A stretch of DNA of 64,000 bases from Planctomycetota bacterium (GCA_038040225.1 JBBPIS010000024.1:4259-68258); one strand, 5' to 3'. Numbered from the stretch's first letter, positions 27,586 through 37,866 are shown. The notes: generated by a model from the letters alone, not told the origin. Made by a program: numbers and translations.

Positions 27586-28434
27586 ATGCCTCCACTGATC
27601 ATCAACGCGGCTTTGACCGGCATGGTCCCCACCAGGCGGGACAACCCGCATGTGCCGATTTCGCCGCGGGAGATCATTGCCGACGCCAAACGCTGTCGTG
27701 ACGCGGGGGCGACAATCGTGCATCTGCACGCGCGGGAGAACGATGAGTCGCCCAGCTATCGCCGAGAGATTTACGCCGAGATCTTCGCCGGAGTTCGTGC
27801 CGAGTGTCCGGAGTTGTTGATCTCGGGCTCCTGCAGCGGACGGACGTTCGGTGAGTTCTGGCAGCGCAGCGAAGTCTTGTCGTTGGATCCGGAGTTTGGC
27901 TCGCTGACGTTGGGCTCGCTCAATTTTCCGACTCAGCCGTCGATCAACTCGCCCGACATGATCCAGCAACTGGCGGCCGCGATGTCCGCCCGCGGCATCG
28001 TGCCGGAGTTGGAATTGTTCGACCTCGGCATGGCCGAATACGCTCATTTCCTGATCCACAAGGGAGTGCTGCGCCCGCCGTTCTATGCGAACATTCTGCT
28101 CGGCTCGCTGGGGACGCTCGCCGCGACTCCCGACAACTTGTGCCTGATGATCCGTGCATTGCCCCCCGGCACGACGTGGTCCGCGACCGGGATCGGTCGA
28201 TATCAGTTCTTTATCAACTCGTTGGCCGTCACGATGGGCGGTCATGTTCGCGTCGGACTGGAAGACGCGATCTACTACGACTGGGACAGCAGGCAGCCGG
28301 CCACCAACGCCGGCTTGATTGACCGGGTCGTTCACCTGGCTCGCGCGGTCGGACGCGACATCGCCTCCCCCGGGCAGACCCGTGCGATCATCGGCCTCTT
28401 GTCTCCGCCGGCAACCGTCCGCTCCGCGGCGTAG
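27586..28434 (+). CDS. Beta-keto acid cleavage enzyme (BKACE/DUF849, Kce-like)
   Basis: NAALTG, VHLHAR, GSLNF, PELELFD, GGHVRVGLED. Confidence 0.9.
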   Translation: MPPLIINAALTGMVPTRRDNPHVPISPREIIADAKRCRDAGATIVHLHARENDESPSYRREIYAEIFAGVRAECPELLISGSCSGRTFGEFWQRSEVLSLDPEFGSLTLGSLNFPTQPSINSPDMIQQLAAAMSARGIVPELELFDLGMAEYAHFLIHKGVLRPPFYANILLGSLGTLAATPDNLCLMIRALPPGTTWSATGIGRYQFFINSLAVTMGGHVRVGLEDAIYYDWDSRQPATNAGLIDRVVHLARAVGRDIASPGQTRAIIGLLSPPATVRSAA

Positions 28435-28586
28435 GCCCGTGACACATGACGGTTCTTCAGGAGATCGGGAGAATCAAAGGGGCCAGGAGTCGTAGATTTC
28501 CTTCCTTGGATCGTCTCGAGATCGATCAGCGAGCGCCGCTTGCGAACGAGCAAACTGGATCGTACGGGATGCGATGTTCCCTGCGA

Positions 28587-29453
28587 TCAGACTTGCAGGT
28601 GATCGAGGGCATCGACCGGCGACATCAGGTAGCTGATGTAGAACGGCCCGAACTCGGCGTACTTGGCCGAGGCGGTGTCGAAGCGCATCGTGTAGACGAT
28701 CTCTTTGATGTACGCCGGGTTTCGTCCCCAGAGAGTGACGCCCCATTCCCAATCGTCGAAGCCCGTCGAGGCCGTGATGAGTTGCGAGGCCTTGCCGGCG
28801 AACTTCATCCCGCTCGTGGCGTGCTCGGCCATCAGGGCGGATCGTACGCTGAACGGCTCGGTAAACCAGTTGGCGATCGGATGGCGGGCCTTGTTCATCG
28901 GGTAGAAACAGGTCACGGGCCACGCGGGGAAATCGGGGCACAGTCGCTGCTTGTTCATCATCGGCAGGCGCTGTCCGTACGCGGCGACCTTCGCAGCGTA
29001 GGCCGGATCGTCGGGTGAGACTCCTTCGCGTTGCAACCGCTCCGAGTACTGTTCGATCGTCGGAACGTACTCGGAGATTTCGGTGATCGATACGAACGAG
29101 TAGGTCGGGATCAGGACCGAGCCGAGCGGACTCGAACGGACTCCCTGGCGAATGCCATCAATCAGCAACGGGTCGGGGTCCATGACCATCAGGCCGAGAT
29201 CGGCCTTGTGACCGGAGACGACCGACGTCTGCAACCGTTGCGGCGCGCCGGGCCGCGCCGGGTCGAGCAGATGCGTCAGGACTTCACGCCCCTCGACGAC
29301 TTGTTCTTCAGACAACTGCCTCAGCGCGGCTTGATCGACGCGATAGTAGAGATGCAGGCAGTGCCAGCCTTCGGAAAGTTTGATGCTCGGTTCGGGCAGG
29401 GCTTGAGGTGCATGAGTCGGTCGGGTCACAGGCGGGGTTCCATTCACAGTCAT
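28587..29453 (-). CDS. chdC: Coproheme decarboxylase (chlorite dismutase family)
   Basis: EGWHCLH, CFYPMNKAR, EH..SG.KF, STGFDDWEWGVTL, MRFD.ASAKYAEFGPFY; start moved downstream of the REPIN. Confidence 0.85.
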   Translation of the reverse strand: MTVNGTPPVTRPTHAPQALPEPSIKLSEGWHCLHLYYRVDQAALRQLSEEQVVEGREVLTHLLDPARPGAPQRLQTSVVSGHKADLGLMVMDPDPLLIDGIRQGVRSSPLGSVLIPTYSFVSITEISEYVPTIEQYSERLQREGVSPDDPAYAAKVAAYGQRLPMMNKQRLCPDFPAWPVTCFYPMNKARHPIANWFTEPFSVRSALMAEHATSGMKFAGKASQLITASTGFDDWEWGVTLWGRNPAYIKEIVYTMRFDTASAKYAEFGPFYISYLMSPVDALDHLQV

Positions 29454-29462
29454 AGTGGGTTC

Positions 29463-29533
29463 GTGGCGGACGCTGCCAGCGTCCATCGACAACCAAATGC
29501 AAAGCTCACGCCGACGCTAGCAGCGTCGGCCAC
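29463..29533. repeat. REPIN: inverted pair of GTGG-type REPs (same family as 12473)
   Basis: GTGGCGGACGCTGCCAGCGTCC and reverse copy GTGGCCGACGCTGCTAGCGTCGGC. Confidence 0.75.
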
Positions 29534-29566
29534 GATGTCGCGAACGTGGAGCCTCCGAGTCTTCGG

Positions 29567-29941
29567 TTACTCGTCGTCCATCGATTTCTGTTCGGACTTG
29601 GGATAGCCGGCCCACACGAGCGGCTTGGCGGCCATCGCCAGCTCACCTTGTTCCAGAACTTTGAGAACTTGCTGGACGGTCATGTTCGTGGAGAGTTCCT
29701 TCTTCAGTCTCTGAACGACCTCGGGTGGGACGCAGTTTTGGCCCTTGCCGGCATCACCCTCGACGAACGCTCGCTTCTGGTCGAAGACGGCCCAGAAGAT
29801 CGTTCGTTCGTGGTTCTTGGCACCATCGCGACTCTTGACCGCCGCGCCGCCCTTGCTGCGGTTGCCGTTGACGCGGTACATCTCCCGACGTTCAAAGATG
29901 ATGGCGATGACATTCCAGTCTTTTGTGCCAAACCAGCTCAT
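29567..29941 (-). CDS. Hypothetical protein (124 aa)
   Basis: Globular-looking composition, typical codon usage, GGAG upstream of ATG 29941. Confidence 0.7.
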   Translation of the reverse strand: MSWFGTKDWNVIAIIFERREMYRVNGNRSKGGAAVKSRDGAKNHERTIFWAVFDQKRAFVEGDAGKGQNCVPPEVVQRLKKELSTNMTVQQVLKVLEQGELAMAAKPLVWAGYPKSEQKSMDDE

Positions 29942-30275
29942 GGAACCGCTCCTGTTGGATCGAACTCCCAAACTCGGGACGTTTGTACCAACCTACTGTG
30001 GTTTTCGCCACGACCCGCCCGATGGGACTTCCTGATGGGATTGTGCGAGGATTTGAAGAGGCGTGTCTCGTTGAAGTGGCTCAAGAATCGCGCGGTTGAA
30101 TGGCCCTGAAGTCCGGCTTTTCGGAAAGCCGGACTTCTCTCCGCGCGGCAATCTCCCGGAATGAAGTCCGGCTGACAAAGCTAAACCGGACTTCAGCCGT
30201 ATTGCGGGAAACGCCGCCAGTCACGAGACTGGCCGACCTCACTGCGACCGGACTCTTGGAAGGCACTCGTTCCAC

Positions 30276-32111
30276 ATGTCGATGGCTGATTCTTCCGCCG
30301 CTGGGAATCGACGCGATGGAGTGGCGTGGCCGGTTCAGGTCGCCGCGTGGTCTCTCGGGCTGGCCGCGTGCATCGTGGGGATGCTGGGATTGGTTGCCGA
30401 ATGGGAACCGGGACTGGCAACCGCGCAGCTTTTCCTGATGGTGACCGCGCCCATCATCGTGATGCTGCCCGAGCGAAAGAGAGTCAAGACGACGGAGGCT
30501 CTTCCACCTCGCAGCGGCCTCACGGTTGACTGGTCTCTCGCGCTGTTGTGCGGTGTCGTTTCACTGGCCGTGAGCGCAGGAATTGGTTCCCGGATCGGAG
30601 ACCTGCCGCCGGCGTACCACGACGAGTACAGCTATCTCTTCCAGGCCAAGACGCTGCTGGCCGGCCGGTTTTCGTTTCCCAGTGTTCCCGTCCGTCCCGA
30701 GCTGTTCGATCAGATGCACGTTTTGAACGAAGGCCGGATGGCCTGCCGCTTTTATCCGGGGACCGGCTTGTGGCTGGCCCCCTTCGTGGCGCTGGGCCAT
30801 CCGTATTGGGGACCGCAGCTGGCCGGAGCGATCGCCACGATGCTGATCTATTGGACGGGACGTGAACTCGGCGGGCGAGTCGTCGGCTTCGTGGCGAGCC
30901 TGACGATGGCGCTGTCGCCGGGCATCGGACTGTTCGGCAATCTGCTGCTCGCCCATCATCCGACGCTCGTCGGTTTGTCGGCGTTCTTGCTGGGAATTAT
31001 TCGACTGCGGCGAACGCGTTCAGGTTGGGATGCGGGACTCGCGGGAGTCGGCCTCAGCTACGCCATGCTTTGCCGGCCGATGACGGCGGCGGGAGTTGGC
31101 CTGCCGTTCGGTCTGGATGTCCTTTGGTGGCTGATTCGAGGCGGTGAGTCTGCTCCCGCCGATCGCGCTGCGCTGTCGGGTGAACCGCCGGAAGGACGTC
31201 CTGCGCGGCGAGTTCCGGTGCTGCTCGGTTTGGGCCTGCCGCTGGTCTGTGGCTGGTGTGTGATGCTCGCGTACAACCGCGACGTGACGGGTGACTGGCT
31301 CACGTCGCCGTATCAGCTTTACACGGAAATCTACACGCCGCGCCATGTCTACGGGTTCAACAACGTCGTGCGCGGCGAGCAACATCTCGGGCCGAAGGTC
31401 ATCGACCATTACGACCGCTGGACCGAGAATCTCACGCCGTCGCTGGCCGCGTCCAATGCGTTCATTCGCTGGGTGGCAAGCTGGATCTGGACGGTGGACG
31501 TTCTGCCGCTGTTGCTCGCAGCGGTGATCGTGGTCGGTTCCGCCGGACGGCTCGATCGCCGGTGGCTGCTCGTGGCGGCGGCGATTTTGAGTCTGCATGC
31601 CGTTCACGTTCCGTACTGGTACGTCGGGATCATGGGTTGGCATTACGTGTTCGAGTCTGCGCCGCTCTGGTGTCTGTTGCTGGCGGCGGCGACGCGGAGC
31701 CTGTTCGCCGCGTGGACCGATACTCGCCACAGTGGCCTCAAGATTTGGTGGCTTTGTTTGATCGGGCTGTCTCTCGCCGGAAGTTATTTCGGCCTGGCAG
31801 GGCTTTGGCAGCCGCGGATCGAACGTGGAATCAATACCATCGCTCATCCTCGCCGTCAGCAGGCGGAAGTCCGTCGCTGGATCGAAGCCTCGGTGACTGA
31901 GCGACCGGCGTTGGTCTTGATCGATCAGCACGAGACCGAAGCCAGTCATCTGGATTTCATCACCAACGAACCGGGCCTCGCTTCGGCGATTTTGCTCGCA
32001 CGCCTGCGCGCCGGAGTGACCGATCTCTCGGAAATCGCCCGCGACTTTCCTGATCGATCCGTCTACGTGGCGTCACCTCATCGGAAGTCGATCCGGCGAG
32101 TAAGGCCCTGA
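30276..32111 (+). CDS. GT-C/PMT-like integral membrane glycosyltransferase
   Basis: HDEYSYLFQA loop after the first TMs, many TM helices, C-terminal soluble domain. Confidence 0.7.
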   Translation: MSMADSSAAGNRRDGVAWPVQVAAWSLGLAACIVGMLGLVAEWEPGLATAQLFLMVTAPIIVMLPERKRVKTTEALPPRSGLTVDWSLALLCGVVSLAVSAGIGSRIGDLPPAYHDEYSYLFQAKTLLAGRFSFPSVPVRPELFDQMHVLNEGRMACRFYPGTGLWLAPFVALGHPYWGPQLAGAIATMLIYWTGRELGGRVVGFVASLTMALSPGIGLFGNLLLAHHPTLVGLSAFLLGIIRLRRTRSGWDAGLAGVGLSYAMLCRPMTAAGVGLPFGLDVLWWLIRGGESAPADRAALSGEPPEGRPARRVPVLLGLGLPLVCGWCVMLAYNRDVTGDWLTSPYQLYTEIYTPRHVYGFNNVVRGEQHLGPKVIDHYDRWTENLTPSLAASNAFIRWVASWIWTVDVLPLLLAAVIVVGSAGRLDRRWLLVAAAILSLHAVHVPYWYVGIMGWHYVFESAPLWCLLLAAATRSLFAAWTDTRHSGLKIWWLCLIGLSLAGSYFGLAGLWQPRIERGINTIAHPRRQQAEVRRWIEASVTERPALVLIDQHETEASHLDFITNEPGLASAILLARLRAGVTDLSEIARDFPDRSVYVASPHRKSIRRVRP

Positions 32112-32176
32112 ACGTGGAAGGGGCCCTGAGGTTGTTGATCAATGGATCGACGAGTGGCTCGCTGACCCGGCACCGC

Positions 32177-32224
32177 AAAGAAAAGAAGCGGGCTTGTTGT
32201 GACAGGCACAACAAGCCCACTTCT
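32177..32224 (-). terminator. Intrinsic terminator of the Cys-rich gene (likely bidirectional)
   Basis: GGGCTTGTTGTG-ACAGG-CACAACAAGCCC with a T tract on the minus strand. Confidence 0.8.
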
Positions 32225-32283
32225 CAAGTACCAACTCCACGTCATTCATGCGAAGCACGAGGACGTGCGGCAAACCTGAAAAA

Positions 32284-32589
32284 TCAGGTCGCTGGCTTCG
32301 GAGCGTTTTCAACTGGCGGCTGAGGAGCAGCGGCCGGAGCGGCGGCAGCAGCAGCCGCGCCATTTGTGGCACTGCAACCGGAAGTGCAGCCCGTGGCGCA
32401 AGGAGCGGCCGTGGCACAGCAGGTCGCGGCTGGTGCACAGCAGCTCTGGCGCTGCGTGTGGCAGCAATTGGTGCGTGCTGGCCGGCAGCATCGCTGCCGA
32501 GCACAACAACGACCGGCTTCAGCCGTGTCGGGGCTCATCGCAAATCCAGCAACACCAAATGCCAACGCCAAACCAAACAAACGAGTCAT
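32284..32589 (-). CDS. Small secreted Cys-rich protein
   Basis: AAGGAG RBS; signal peptide ending AEA; five CC pairs; Ala/Pro tail; own terminator. Confidence 0.8.
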   Translation of the reverse strand: MTRLFGLALAFGVAGFAMSPDTAEAGRCCARQRCCRPARTNCCHTQRQSCCAPAATCCATAAPCATGCTSGCSATNGAAAAAAAPAAAPQPPVENAPKPAT

Positions 32590-32937
32590 ACTAATCTCCT
32601 TCAAACTTGACACAGATTTCAAACACAGGCCGCCGACCCTCGGCGGACCAACCTCCCGCAGCAGTTCTGTCCTTAGACCGTTCTACGCGAGGAATTCTTT
32701 TGGGCTGACTGGGGGAACTACTCCAAGTTTCCCTTCGGGGAGGTTGCAGAATATCGGCATGAATCTGGTTGTCAAACGACCGGGGGAAGTTTTCTTGAGA
32801 TTGAGGATTGGCGAAGATTGACCAAATCTTGACATTCGTGCCGAATTACTCTTTCGCATTCGGTGCAGATTGAGGTGACTTGCCACTTCGCGGGTGGATG
32901 GCGACATGCGTATTCTGAGCACGTGTGACGGACTCTT

Positions 32938-33828
32938 ATGGAGCGCGATCCAATCGTGGCCGACAACTTTGCAAACCGCATGTGGTCTTTTGAAGGATTC
33001 TGTCGTGACTTGGGATCGATCCCCCTCATCATGGGAATCGTCAATATCACGCCGGACAGTTTCTCGGATGGAGGCCGATTCCTCGCGCCTGAGGCCGCGC
33101 TCGAACATGCCCTGAGTCTGGCGGACGAAGGGGCCGACATCCTTGATGTGGGGGGCGAGTCGACTCGACCGGGAGCCGACGCCGTGTCGCTCGACGAAGA
33201 ACTTCGTCGCGTCATTCCGTTGATCGAGCAACTCGTGCACAGAACCGACGTCCCGATCTCGGTCGATACGTCCAAGGCAGAGGTGGCGCGTCAGGCATTG
33301 CAGGCGGGTGCCCGAATCGTCAATGACATCTCGGGCCTCCGCTTCGATCCCAAAATGATCGAGGTCTGCCGCGATGCTCGGTGCGGAGTCGTGGTGATGC
33401 ACATGCAGGGCACTCCGCAAACGATGCAGATCGAGCCCCGCTACACCGATGTCGTGGAGGAGATTTGCGAGTACTTCAAAGAGCGTCTGCAAACGCTGGG
33501 TCGCGGCGGAATCGATGCCGAGCGAATCGTCCTCGACCCGGGAGTCGGCTTCGGCAAGACGGCTGAACACAATCTGGAGATTCTCTCGCACATCGCCCGC
33601 TTCCGCGCGTTGGGCCGGCCGGTCCTGATCGGCCACTCACGAAAGCGGTTTCTGAAGAAGATCATCGGTCGAGACGTGGACGAGAGCCGGTTTGGAACGG
33701 TCGGTGTCTCAGTGGCACTCGCGCAGCAACACATCGACATCGTGCGAGTTCATGACGTGGCCGCCAACCGGGATGCGATTGCTGCCTATCGCGCAGTGTG
33801 CCGGTCGCTCCACACGCCGGACCGTTAG
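32938..33828 (+). CDS. folP: Dihydropteroate synthase
   Basis: MGIVNITPDSFSDGG, GGESTRPG, SVDTSK, NDISG, LDPGVGFGK, SRKRF, RVHDV. Confidence 0.96.
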   Translation: MERDPIVADNFANRMWSFEGFCRDLGSIPLIMGIVNITPDSFSDGGRFLAPEAALEHALSLADEGADILDVGGESTRPGADAVSLDEELRRVIPLIEQLVHRTDVPISVDTSKAEVARQALQAGARIVNDISGLRFDPKMIEVCRDARCGVVVMHMQGTPQTMQIEPRYTDVVEEICEYFKERLQTLGRGGIDAERIVLDPGVGFGKTAEHNLEILSHIARFRALGRPVLIGHSRKRFLKKIIGRDVDESRFGTVGVSVALAQQHIDIVRVHDVAANRDAIAAYRAVCRSLHTPDR

Positions 33829-34607
33829 AGTTCTCCGCCGGACCTGTCGGACCACCACGGCAGGCTGACTCCGCCATCGATGGTCAGCGTACTGCCCGTG
33901 ACATAGTCCGCGTCGTCGCTGAGCAGGTACGCCACCGCCTTGCCGATTTCGTTCGGTTGTCCGAGACGCTTCCACGGCAGCTTTCTGGCACCGGCGGCCA
34001 GTTGTTCCTCGGTGAAAAACTTTCGCTCACCGGGGGTGTCGATCCAGCCCGGATGGACGATGTTGACCCGAATGCGATGCGTTGCCAGTTCAATCGCGGC
34101 CGTTCTGGACATGTGGTCGATCGCCGCCTTGGCCATGTTGTAGGCCATCGCGGTCGGAACCGGGATGACGGCGTGAGGCGAGCTGATGATCACGATCGAG
34201 CCTCCCTGCCCCTGCTTGACCATCTGAAGTGAGGCGGCTCGCAGACCGTAGAACGCCCCCCACATGCCGACATCGATTGTCCGGCGGAAGCCGTCGAGAT
34301 CGGCCTCGATCATGAGTTGCCGGTCGCTGTAGACCGCATTGGACACGAAGAGGTCGAGACTGCCGAACTCTGCCGCTGTCTGGGCGACCATCTCCTCGAC
34401 CCGCTCCCGATTTGAAACGTCTCCCTGAAGGGTAATCGCCCGGCTGCCGGATCGTCGTACGACGTCGGCGACTTCCTCGGCCTCGCCCTGATGAGAGTTG
34501 TAGTTGATCGCGACGTTCGCCCCCGCCTTGCCGAGTTCCTCGGCACAACCTCGACCGATTCCGCGCGACGCTCCCGTCACCAAGACGTTCCGACCCTTCA
34601 GGTTCAT
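33825..34607 (-). CDS. SDR oxidoreductase (glucose 1-dehydrogenase-like)
   Basis: TGASRGIG, YNMAK, IRVNIVHPG. Confidence 0.9.
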   Translation of the reverse strand: MNLKGRNVLVTGASRGIGRGCAEELGKAGANVAINYNSHQGEAEEVADVVRRSGSRAITLQGDVSNRERVEEMVAQTAAEFGSLDLFVSNAVYSDRQLMIEADLDGFRRTIDVGMWGAFYGLRAASLQMVKQGQGGSIVIISSPHAVIPVPTAMAYNMAKAAIDHMSRTAAIELATHRIRVNIVHPGWIDTPGERKFFTEEQLAAGARKLPWKRLGQPNEIGKAVAYLLSDDADYVTGSTLTIDGGVSLPWWSDRSGGEL

Positions 34608-34733
34608 TCCCGCGCCCTTTCAAGACAGCTTTGGTTTGCCAACCAAGAACACTCAATCTCTCACCCATCAAAAGCAAAGCCCGACTTGATCGCAAGTCGG
34701 GCCAAACTTTGAATGTCGCGTCACCAACGGCAT

Positions 34734-35066
34734 CTACGCCGAGAAGCTACTGCCGCAGCCGCAACTTTTGACCACATTCGGGTTGTCAAACTTGAATCCG
34801 CGCTGATTCAACTCGTCCTTGAAATCGAGCGTTGTGCCGTCGAGGTACAACGAACTCTTCTTGTCGACGGCGACCTTGATCCCGTGCTGCTCGCTCACCT
34901 GATCCTTGGCCGCATCCGTCGAAGTGTCGAATCCGAGCGAATACTGGAATCCGCTGCATCCTCCGGCCGCGACGCCAATGCGCAGAACCGAAGTTTCGGG
35001 GAGCTTTTGCTCACCCATGACACGCTTGATCTCACCAGCCGCTTTTTCGGTCAACATCAGAGCCAT
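34734..35066 (-). CDS. HesB/IscA family A-type Fe-S carrier
   Basis: GGCSG..Y, FKFDNPN, CGCGSSF. Confidence 0.93.
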   Translation of the reverse strand: MALMLTEKAAGEIKRVMGEQKLPETSVLRIGVAAGGCSGFQYSLGFDTSTDAAKDQVSEQHGIKVAVDKKSSLYLDGTTLDFKDELNQRGFKFDNPNVVKSCGCGSSFSA

Positions 35067-35819
35067 TTTTGCAATCTCCTAGAATCCAGAAGCATCACAG
35101 CCGAACTACCTCGCCTGCGACGACGAAGACTATACCCGAGTCCACCCAAAAGCAACGAAGGCTTCCGCAGTGTCGGGCCACAGATGAATTGTCAGGACGG
35201 TTCCCACAGGTTGGGAAAGCCGGCCATGACCGGGTTGGGCAATCCTCCCTGCCGAAGCCGGTGCAGCCGGGATTGCGAGAAGGAATTGGTCGCCATCGTT
35301 CGGCGATGCAGAACTTCAACGTGGTCGCCGCACGAGTGGCCGTATTACCTCACTCGCCACAACTGTTGAAGCACGTTGGCACGGCCATTCGATTCCGGGC
35401 TGAAACAATCTGATAAGGGATTGAACTCGCCAATTTTTTATTCGATGGGGCCTGGTGCGACGCAAGTGGTGTTCTCCGTTACTGCTATCGCCCAAAAACG
35501 GTGTCTCGCTGCCGGTTGACAACTTGTAAAGGCCGCCAGATTCAGGCATGGCCGCTGCTAATCGTGTCTGTCGCCTTGTGGCACTAGACGCCCCCCTGAC
35601 TGGCCAGTCATTCGCATGGTTGACGTGCGAAACATCCGTCGGCGTTTGAATGTTTCGAGTGGCGATTCACGAGTCGATTCGGGAACTCAGATCGCGAAGG
35701 ACCGATTCTCGCGGACCTCCGTTTGGCGACGGAAACCGCGTTGATGTGCAGGTGGCACGAGCCTCCCGGAAACTGTTCACACCTTCATTTCAAACACTTG
35801 GGTACTGAGGAGCATTGGC

Positions 35820-36140
35820 ATGTTGAAGAAACTGTGGAACGACGAAGCGGGATTGATTGTCTCGGCCGAACTGGCCTTGGTGCTGACGATCGGCGTGCTC
35901 GCCATGGTCGTCGGACTGAGCGAAGTGGCCGTCGCGGTTAACACCGAACTGAATGACATCTCGAATGCGTTTGGCTCGCTGAGCCAGTCCTACGCCTACA
36001 GCGGCTTTCAGGCGATCGACCACTGTAAGCCGAAGAGTTTTGTGGCAGGCTCGCGGTTTACGGACGCCCACGATGACTGCGACAACAACACTTCTTGCGA
36101 TCTTGTCGGCGGCGTTCCGGACTCCGTGACTTGTGGTTGA
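35820..36140 (+). CDS. Flp/Fap-like pilin-type small protein
   Basis: LWNDEAG|LIVSAEL followed by a hydrophobic helix; GAGGAG RBS. Confidence 0.75.
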   Translation: MLKKLWNDEAGLIVSAELALVLTIGVLAMVVGLSEVAVAVNTELNDISNAFGSLSQSYAYSGFQAIDHCKPKSFVAGSRFTDAHDDCDNNTSCDLVGGVPDSVTCG

Positions 36141-36352
36141 TCCGCTCAGTCAACCCGGTTGACAGTTTGGCAACGCGGCCTTGGCAAGAAATGCTTCACG
36201 CAACAATGTGAGATGGCGGTTCCGGCAGGCGATCAGAACTCATTCGGTCACGATCTCGACGCAACGCGATCCGCGGATCTTCCGCACGCGTTGCGTCGGA
36301 TCGTTCTTTGGAACCACCTGGTGCGTGCCGCGGTGGAGTCAGGCGCACCGAC

Positions 36353-36595
36353 TCACGACTTGCGATAGCCCAACTCGGCCATGACGTCGTAGAGTTCTTC
36401 AAACGTGATGAACCGGCGGCGGTGACGCAGCTTGTACTGATCGACCGCCTCGGCCAACTCCGCGATCTCGGGGCGAGTCGCACTGACCGACGCACTGAAC
36501 TGGCGCCGTTCGGGACCCGCCTCGCGGCCAGCCTCCAAGCCGGCACGTCGATCGACAAAGGATCGCGAATTCTGTTGTTCGAGCACCGTTTGCAT
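36353..36595 (-). CDS. Small conserved-looking hypothetical protein (80 aa)
   Basis: GGAGG RBS; FVDRR...PERRQF; ELAEAVDQYK..HRRRFIT.EEL..V...LGY. Confidence 0.75.
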   Translation of the reverse strand: MQTVLEQQNSRSFVDRRAGLEAGREAGPERRQFSASVSATRPEIAELAEAVDQYKLRHRRRFITFEELYDVMAELGYRKS

Positions 36596-36747
36596 TACGA
36601 TTCCTCCCGGTTTGGATTTGACCAAGGCAAGCCTAGGTCACGATCTGCGACTCGGCAAACGGTTTTCTCCGCTCGCGGCTCCGTGCCATCCGTATTTCTC
36701 CGGCGGAGCGGTCTTTCCCAGGTTGGGCTTCTCGATATCGGATCGAC

Positions 36748-37743
36748 ATGGCAACGAAAATCACGATTCTCGGTGGTGGCGCGATGGCAACGGCGTGCTC
36801 GGTTCTGCTGGCCGAGCATCCCGATCAACAGGTGGCGATCTGGGCTCGGACGCCCGAATACGCCGAGCAAATGCAGCGCGACCGCGAAAACAAGCGGCTC
36901 CTGCCCGGTGTGCGCCTCCCCGACAACGTCTCCATCACGTCGGACATCGAGCGAGCCGTCGCCGATGCCGAATACCTCGTCGCTGCGATCCCGACTCAGT
37001 TTCTGCGAGTCAGTCTGCAAGAAGTTCGCAAACATCTGTATCGCCAGCTTCCGGTCATCAGCGTCATCAAGGGGATCGAGAACTCGACCTTCATGCGGCC
37101 GAGCGAGATCATCGGCGAAGTGCTCGGCGGTCGTGCGGTCGTTGCGCTGAGTGGCCCCAGTCACGCCGAAGAGATTGGTCGCCGCCTCCCCGCCACGGTC
37201 GTCGCAGCCAGCGGCGACTTGGGCCTCGCCCGGCAGGTCCAGCGGATGTTCAACACGCAGCGATTCCGGGTCTACACGAATCTGGACCTGATCGGTGTGG
37301 AGTTGGCTGCCGCCTTGAAGAACGTCATCGCCATCGCGGCCGGGATTTCGGATGGCCTTGGCTACGGCGACAACGCCAAGTCGGCGTTGATGACGCGCGG
37401 CCTGGTCGAGATGACTCGATTCGGCCTGCGGTTCGGTGCCGAACCGTCGACCTTTACCGGTCTTGCCGGGATGGGTGACCTGATCACGACCTGCGTCAGT
37501 CAGTACGGTCGCAACCGGCATGTCGGCGAGCGTCTCGGCAAGGGCGAGACCATCGAGCAGATTCTCGCCAGCATGGAGTCCGTCGCCGAAGGGGTCGCCA
37601 CCGCGAAGAGCGTCTTCGATGTGGCCGAACAGGAAGGGATCGAGATGCCGATCATGAGCGAGGTTTACCGAGTCCTCTACGAAGCCAAGTCTCCCGCCGA
37701 TGCCACCAACTCGCTGATGCTGCGGCCCCTGCGCGCGGAGTGA
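36748..37743 (+). CDS. gpsA: NAD(P)H-dependent glycerol-3-phosphate dehydrogenase
   Basis: LSGPSHAEE, ALKNVIAIAAG, GDNAKSAL, GMGDLITTC.SQYGRN, VAEG. Confidence 0.95.
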   Translation: MATKITILGGGAMATACSVLLAEHPDQQVAIWARTPEYAEQMQRDRENKRLLPGVRLPDNVSITSDIERAVADAEYLVAAIPTQFLRVSLQEVRKHLYRQLPVISVIKGIENSTFMRPSEIIGEVLGGRAVVALSGPSHAEEIGRRLPATVVAASGDLGLARQVQRMFNTQRFRVYTNLDLIGVELAAALKNVIAIAAGISDGLGYGDNAKSALMTRGLVEMTRFGLRFGAEPSTFTGLAGMGDLITTCVSQYGRNRHVGERLGKGETIEQILASMESVAEGVATAKSVFDVAEQEGIEMPIMSEVYRVLYEAKSPADATNSLMLRPLRAE

Positions 37744-37866
37744 GGATTGGTGCGTCGGAGATTCGTGGCTCCCCCCGCGTTGCCGCGTTGTTTGATCCGA
37801 ACCCGCGTTTGCCCGTTCGGGTGGCCATCAGTTCGACAAACTCACTTCTCCCGTGAGGACCAAACC

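Noticed and set aside
32630-32780. c-di-GMP-I riboswitch upstream of the Cys-rich gene (GGTCTAAGG on the minus strand)
   Set aside because: The GCAAAGC junction and tetraloop/receptor pairing are missing.
35720-35770. c-di-GMP-II-like GGAAAC...GATG...GGCAC upstream of the pilin
   Set aside because: No downstream GTGCAAC pseudoknot partner.
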